Source: a bacterium | GTDB lineage: Bacteria; JAHJDO01 | DNA length: 64,000 bases | Direction of reading: 5' to 3' | Assembly: GCA_043824255.1 (NCBI GenBank) | Contig: JBDRTG010000047.1 | Coordinates: 265,032 to 329,031 of the forward strand | Part shown: piece after piece, positions 60,906 through 64,000 of the stretch | Position numbering within the stretch: position 1 is the first letter of the stretch | Layout of the letters: every line of letters starts with the position of its first letter | Program-made: the position numbers and the translations under genes | The notes under the pieces: generated by a model | Told to the model about the DNA's origin: nothing | Database searches by the model: none | What the model saw: only the letters and a program-made list of their open reading frames with translations

Positions 60906-61903
60906 AATAAATCCACTTCAATTTTCTTAAAAACTTCTTTCAATCTATTTAAGTAAGTACTTTCATTTATTGTCTTTTTATAACCATTAATAATTATATT
61001 CCTTCGCTCTTTCTCATTATCCAAATAATAATTTATTTGAAGCACTAAATCTTCAATAGATGTATATATTGCGATTTCTCTACCAATCTCGAAATAATCC
61101 TCTAAAGATGGAGCATAATTTGTTAGTTGAAAACCCCCAAAAGCAGGTATTTCAAAATTCCTTGCCTTGATTTGTTCAATCCTTTTTTTAGCTTTCACAA
61201 ACTCACGCATGCTTCTAATAGACGAGAAAATATAACGAATATCGTAGGAAGCACTATTTGAGATGTTCAGATTTATTTTTGAAGTTTTAAAAATCTCGCC
61301 CATCTCTTCAAAAGGAACCTTCCCATTTTCCCAACCCGCCCCAAAACATTCAACGTGAATTCCATTTTTTTCTAATTGCCACACAAGCCACTTCCTATAT
61401 TCACTGATGCCACCCACAAATGAAATATCGTATTTATATTTTATCGCTTCAAAATCAATATTTTTGTCGTACTCAAACGATGCCCACTGGCTGAGAATTA
61501 CATTCTTATAACCTATTTTCTTATATTTACTCAGTGCAAATTTGTCTGTGGTAATTGAATAAGTAAGATGAGTCGCATAATATTTTGTAAAATTTTTAAA
61601 TCGCCAATGGTCATCCCCAAACCAGTTCATGGTAATATATCTATTTTTTAAATAGTTCAATGTTTCAAAAGAGATCTCGTCCCTTATTAAGATAAAGAAA
61701 ACAACATCGGGGTTAACATCATCGATAAATTTAATAACTCGTTTTTGCAGTTCGTCCTTTTTAATTAAATATTCATCATACCAAAAAGGATAAACCTCAT
61801 TTGTTATTTGCTTTAACGCGGAATAAAAACCAGTATATTCTAACGAATCACCACGAGACTTGATGCCGTAATCATAACGCAGAAATACCGGAACTATTTT
61901 CAT
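60902..61903 (-). CDS. Glycosyltransferase, CgeB-like (Glyco_trans_1_2)
   Basis: WFGDD, DISFVG, SKINLN, RNFEIPAFGGFQLT. Confidence 0.82.
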   Translation of the reverse strand: MKIVPVFLRYDYGIKSRGDSLEYTGFYSALKQITNEVYPFWYDEYLIKKDELQKRVIKFIDDVNPDVVFFILIRDEISFETLNYLKNRYITMNWFGDDHWRFKNFTKYYATHLTYSITTDKFALSKYKKIGYKNVILSQWASFEYDKNIDFEAIKYKYDISFVGGISEYRKWLVWQLEKNGIHVECFGAGWENGKVPFEEMGEIFKTSKINLNISNSASYDIRYIFSSIRSMREFVKAKKRIEQIKARNFEIPAFGGFQLTNYAPSLEDYFEIGREIAIYTSIEDLVLQINYYLDNEKERRNIIINGYKKTINESTYLNRLKEVFKKIEVDLL

Positions 61904-61971
61904 TTGATCATCCACTCTTTTCAAAGGTTTTGTAGTTTGTCATAGACCTACTACACCCATATATTTGAGAT

Positions 61972-63240
61972 TTATTTATTTAATGAAAGATTGTATGCTT
62001 TTATACATTCAAGTATCTCTAATCGTTTTTGTTTTAACTCTTCATTAGTTACGGTGTCGTGCGTATAAACGAAATCTTTTTTTGCTTCATCCCCATATAA
62101 CCCTAAAGTCATGACATAATCGCTAAAATTTGTATTTAAAATTCTCATGTTATACTTAGAGGGGTTATTGTATATGTCGCATCCGGGGAAAGGAACGAAT
62201 GTGGACAAATCAACTCCGTCTGGCTTTGTTTCTTCAATAAATCCGATTATATTCTTGGCTACATCCCTGTCCTGTCCTGGTAATCCTATCATAAAGAAAA
62301 GCCTAATTTTTAATCCAACTTCTTTCGCATTTTTTATTGCAGCATATATATCCTTCGCTTTTACTATCTTATTACTTATTGTCAATACCTTTTCTGAGGG
62401 GTCTTCTATTCCATAATCAATCTCATAACAGCCTGCTTTGTACATAGCTTCAAGAACATCCTTCTGTGAATTTTTTACCCAAGCGTTGGCTCTCCAGTGA
62501 ATATTCAGTGGTTCCATCTTCGTGCATAACTCGAATAACCAGTTTTTATTAAGTGCTATCGTATCATCATGGAATCTGAAGTGATAAACATTGTATCTTT
62601 CAATAATTTCCTTAATTTCAGTGATAACATTATCTGGGCTTCTAAATCGGACTCTTCTTCCCCACATGGCTTTGGAAGCGCAAAAAGCACAATTGTAAGG
62701 GCAGCCTCTGGTAGCGATAAGGGCAGTTGCTGGCTTACTCTTAACACACAAATTTGTATTAAACACAGAATCAAAAGGCAGCAGATGTCTTGCTGGAAAA
62801 GGTAGGGAATCCAAATCTTCTATAAGTGGGCTGACATAATATTCTTTTTTAACGCCTTTCTCGTAATCTTTTAGTAAATTCAGCATGGACAATTCCCCTT
62901 CCCCAATTACAACACGGTCAAAAAGAGTATCCAAATTGTTGCTCTGTGTTGTAGCGTGAAAGCCTCCAAGGACAATCAGGGATTTTTTGTCTCTGGCTTT
63001 CAAATTATAAGCTATCTTTACTGCCAGTGGATATTCTGGTGTTGTTGCTGTAAGTCCATAAATATTTGCATAGGGTATTCTGTTCGTCCATTTGTCCTCA
63101 TCCAAATCCCTTAAATCAACTAATTCAATATTATAGCCTTGTTTCTCCAAAAAAGAAGCGATATACATTATTCCCAGTGGTGGATTTCTCTTTTGCTCTC
63201 CCAGAAAAGGAGAAGGTGGAATTATTAAAACTATTTTCAT
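61972..63240 (-). CDS. Cobalamin-binding-domain radical SAM protein
   Basis: PPLGIMYIAS, GGFHAT, GEGE; TRGCPYNCAFC; FHDDT; PFPGC. Confidence 0.9.
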   Translation of the reverse strand: MKIVLIIPPSPFLGEQKRNPPLGIMYIASFLEKQGYNIELVDLRDLDEDKWTNRIPYANIYGLTATTPEYPLAVKIAYNLKARDKKSLIVLGGFHATTQSNNLDTLFDRVVIGEGELSMLNLLKDYEKGVKKEYYVSPLIEDLDSLPFPARHLLPFDSVFNTNLCVKSKPATALIATRGCPYNCAFCASKAMWGRRVRFRSPDNVITEIKEIIERYNVYHFRFHDDTIALNKNWLFELCTKMEPLNIHWRANAWVKNSQKDVLEAMYKAGCYEIDYGIEDPSEKVLTISNKIVKAKDIYAAIKNAKEVGLKIRLFFMIGLPGQDRDVAKNIIGFIEETKPDGVDLSTFVPFPGCDIYNNPSKYNMRILNTNFSDYVMTLGLYGDEAKKDFVYTHDTVTNEELKQKRLEILECIKAYNLSLNK

Positions 63241-63254
63241 TTGTGCAAATCCGT

Positions 63255-64000
63255 TTAATATTTTCTTTGCAGTAACTTAAAAAGCTTTTGTGTGTTTGAG
63301 ATAGGTGCCCTTAAAAAATATTGCATTCCTTTTAAAACAAAATATGGCTTTCCCCGCATTGAAAAGGTTGCCATTCGTATTTTAGCGTAAAATTGCCACA
63401 ACTCATTATAAGAAGATTCCGCTGTGTAACGAGGCACATCGTTATCGGTCAGCCAATAGTCATCATTAATTGCTTTTTTAGCTTTCATTAGATCATAGAC
63501 TTCCGTTTTGGGGTACACCCAAAGGATAGCAACACCGTGATTCTTGAATCGCCTTATATTATACAATTCCTTTAAAAAGCTTATAGTCTCATTCACTGTA
63601 TCAATACTTTCTCCAGGGAAACCTACTATTAAATACGCAACGATATTAATATCTTTTATATTTTTTAGCATGCCAAATGTTTCTTTAGCATCCTCCTGTG
63701 TTATATTCTTGTGAATACTCTTTAATAACTTTTTACTGCCTGTTTCTAAGCCGAATCCTATAGAGATAAAACCTGCTTTTTCCATAAGCTCAAACATTTC
63801 CACGCTGGCTGGTTTTATTCTTGCCGAACAGCTAAATTTAATTTTGATCTTCCGTTTTATAATTTCTTTACATAAATCGATTACTCTTTGTTGATTGAGA
63901 TTGAAAGTATCATCTGCAACCTGGATCAATTTTATATTTTTAAAATTATTTACAATATACTCTACTTCACTAACTATGTTTGCCACAGACCTTTCTCTAT
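63255..64000 (-). CDS. Radical SAM protein, C-terminal part (paralog of 59445..60905); truncated by window edge
   Basis: Frame open to 64000; ADDTF, GLETGS, GFPGE, VYPKTEVY closely match the 59445 protein. Confidence 0.85.
   Translation of the reverse strand, partial: RERSVANIVSEVEYIVNNFKNIKLIQVADDTFNLNQQRVIDLCKEIIKRKIKIKFSCSARIKPASVEMFELMEKAGFISIGFGLETGSKKLLKSIHKNITQEDAKETFGMLKNIKDINIVAYLIVGFPGESIDTVNETISFLKELYNIRRFKNHGVAILWVYPKTEVYDLMKAKKAINDDYWLTDNDVPRYTAESSYNELWQFYAKIRMATFSMRGKPYFVLKGMQYFLRAPISNTQKLFKLLQRKY

Overview
AT-rich bacterial genomic window (probably an uncultivated anaerobe; taxonomy cannot be fixed from sequence alone). Both ends carry minus-strand glycan-biosynthesis loci (1-21.5 kb and 52-64 kb, each running off the window edge). 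These contain glycosyltransferases (GT2, GT4, GT9, GT10, CgeB-like), Wzx flippases, CDP-sugar enzymes, class I methyltransferases and an AsnB-type amidotransferase. They are interleaved with eight cobalamin-binding-type radical SAM genes (one truncated by the edge) and two further radical SAM genes. This possible radical-SAM glycan-tailoring system is the most striking feature. The middle holds an aroE-aminotransferase-oxidoreductase-aroK operon, ferredoxin/FAH/URO-D-like genes, uvrC (no canonical start codon) with a LOG-family gene, and a secreted Cys-rich orphan behind a perfect sigma70 promoter. It also holds a Na+-type V/A-ATPase operon lacking subunit D, tRNA-Val/tRNA-Asp directly ahead of ilvD-ilvB-ilvN-ilvC-leuA, and an aldolase/uronate-isomerase-like/PfkB/URO-D-like sugar cluster. 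Smaller signals are orphaned gene 3' tails, an in-gene heptamer repeat, and several apparently leaderless promoters. All calls come from motif reading by eye; no database searches were run.
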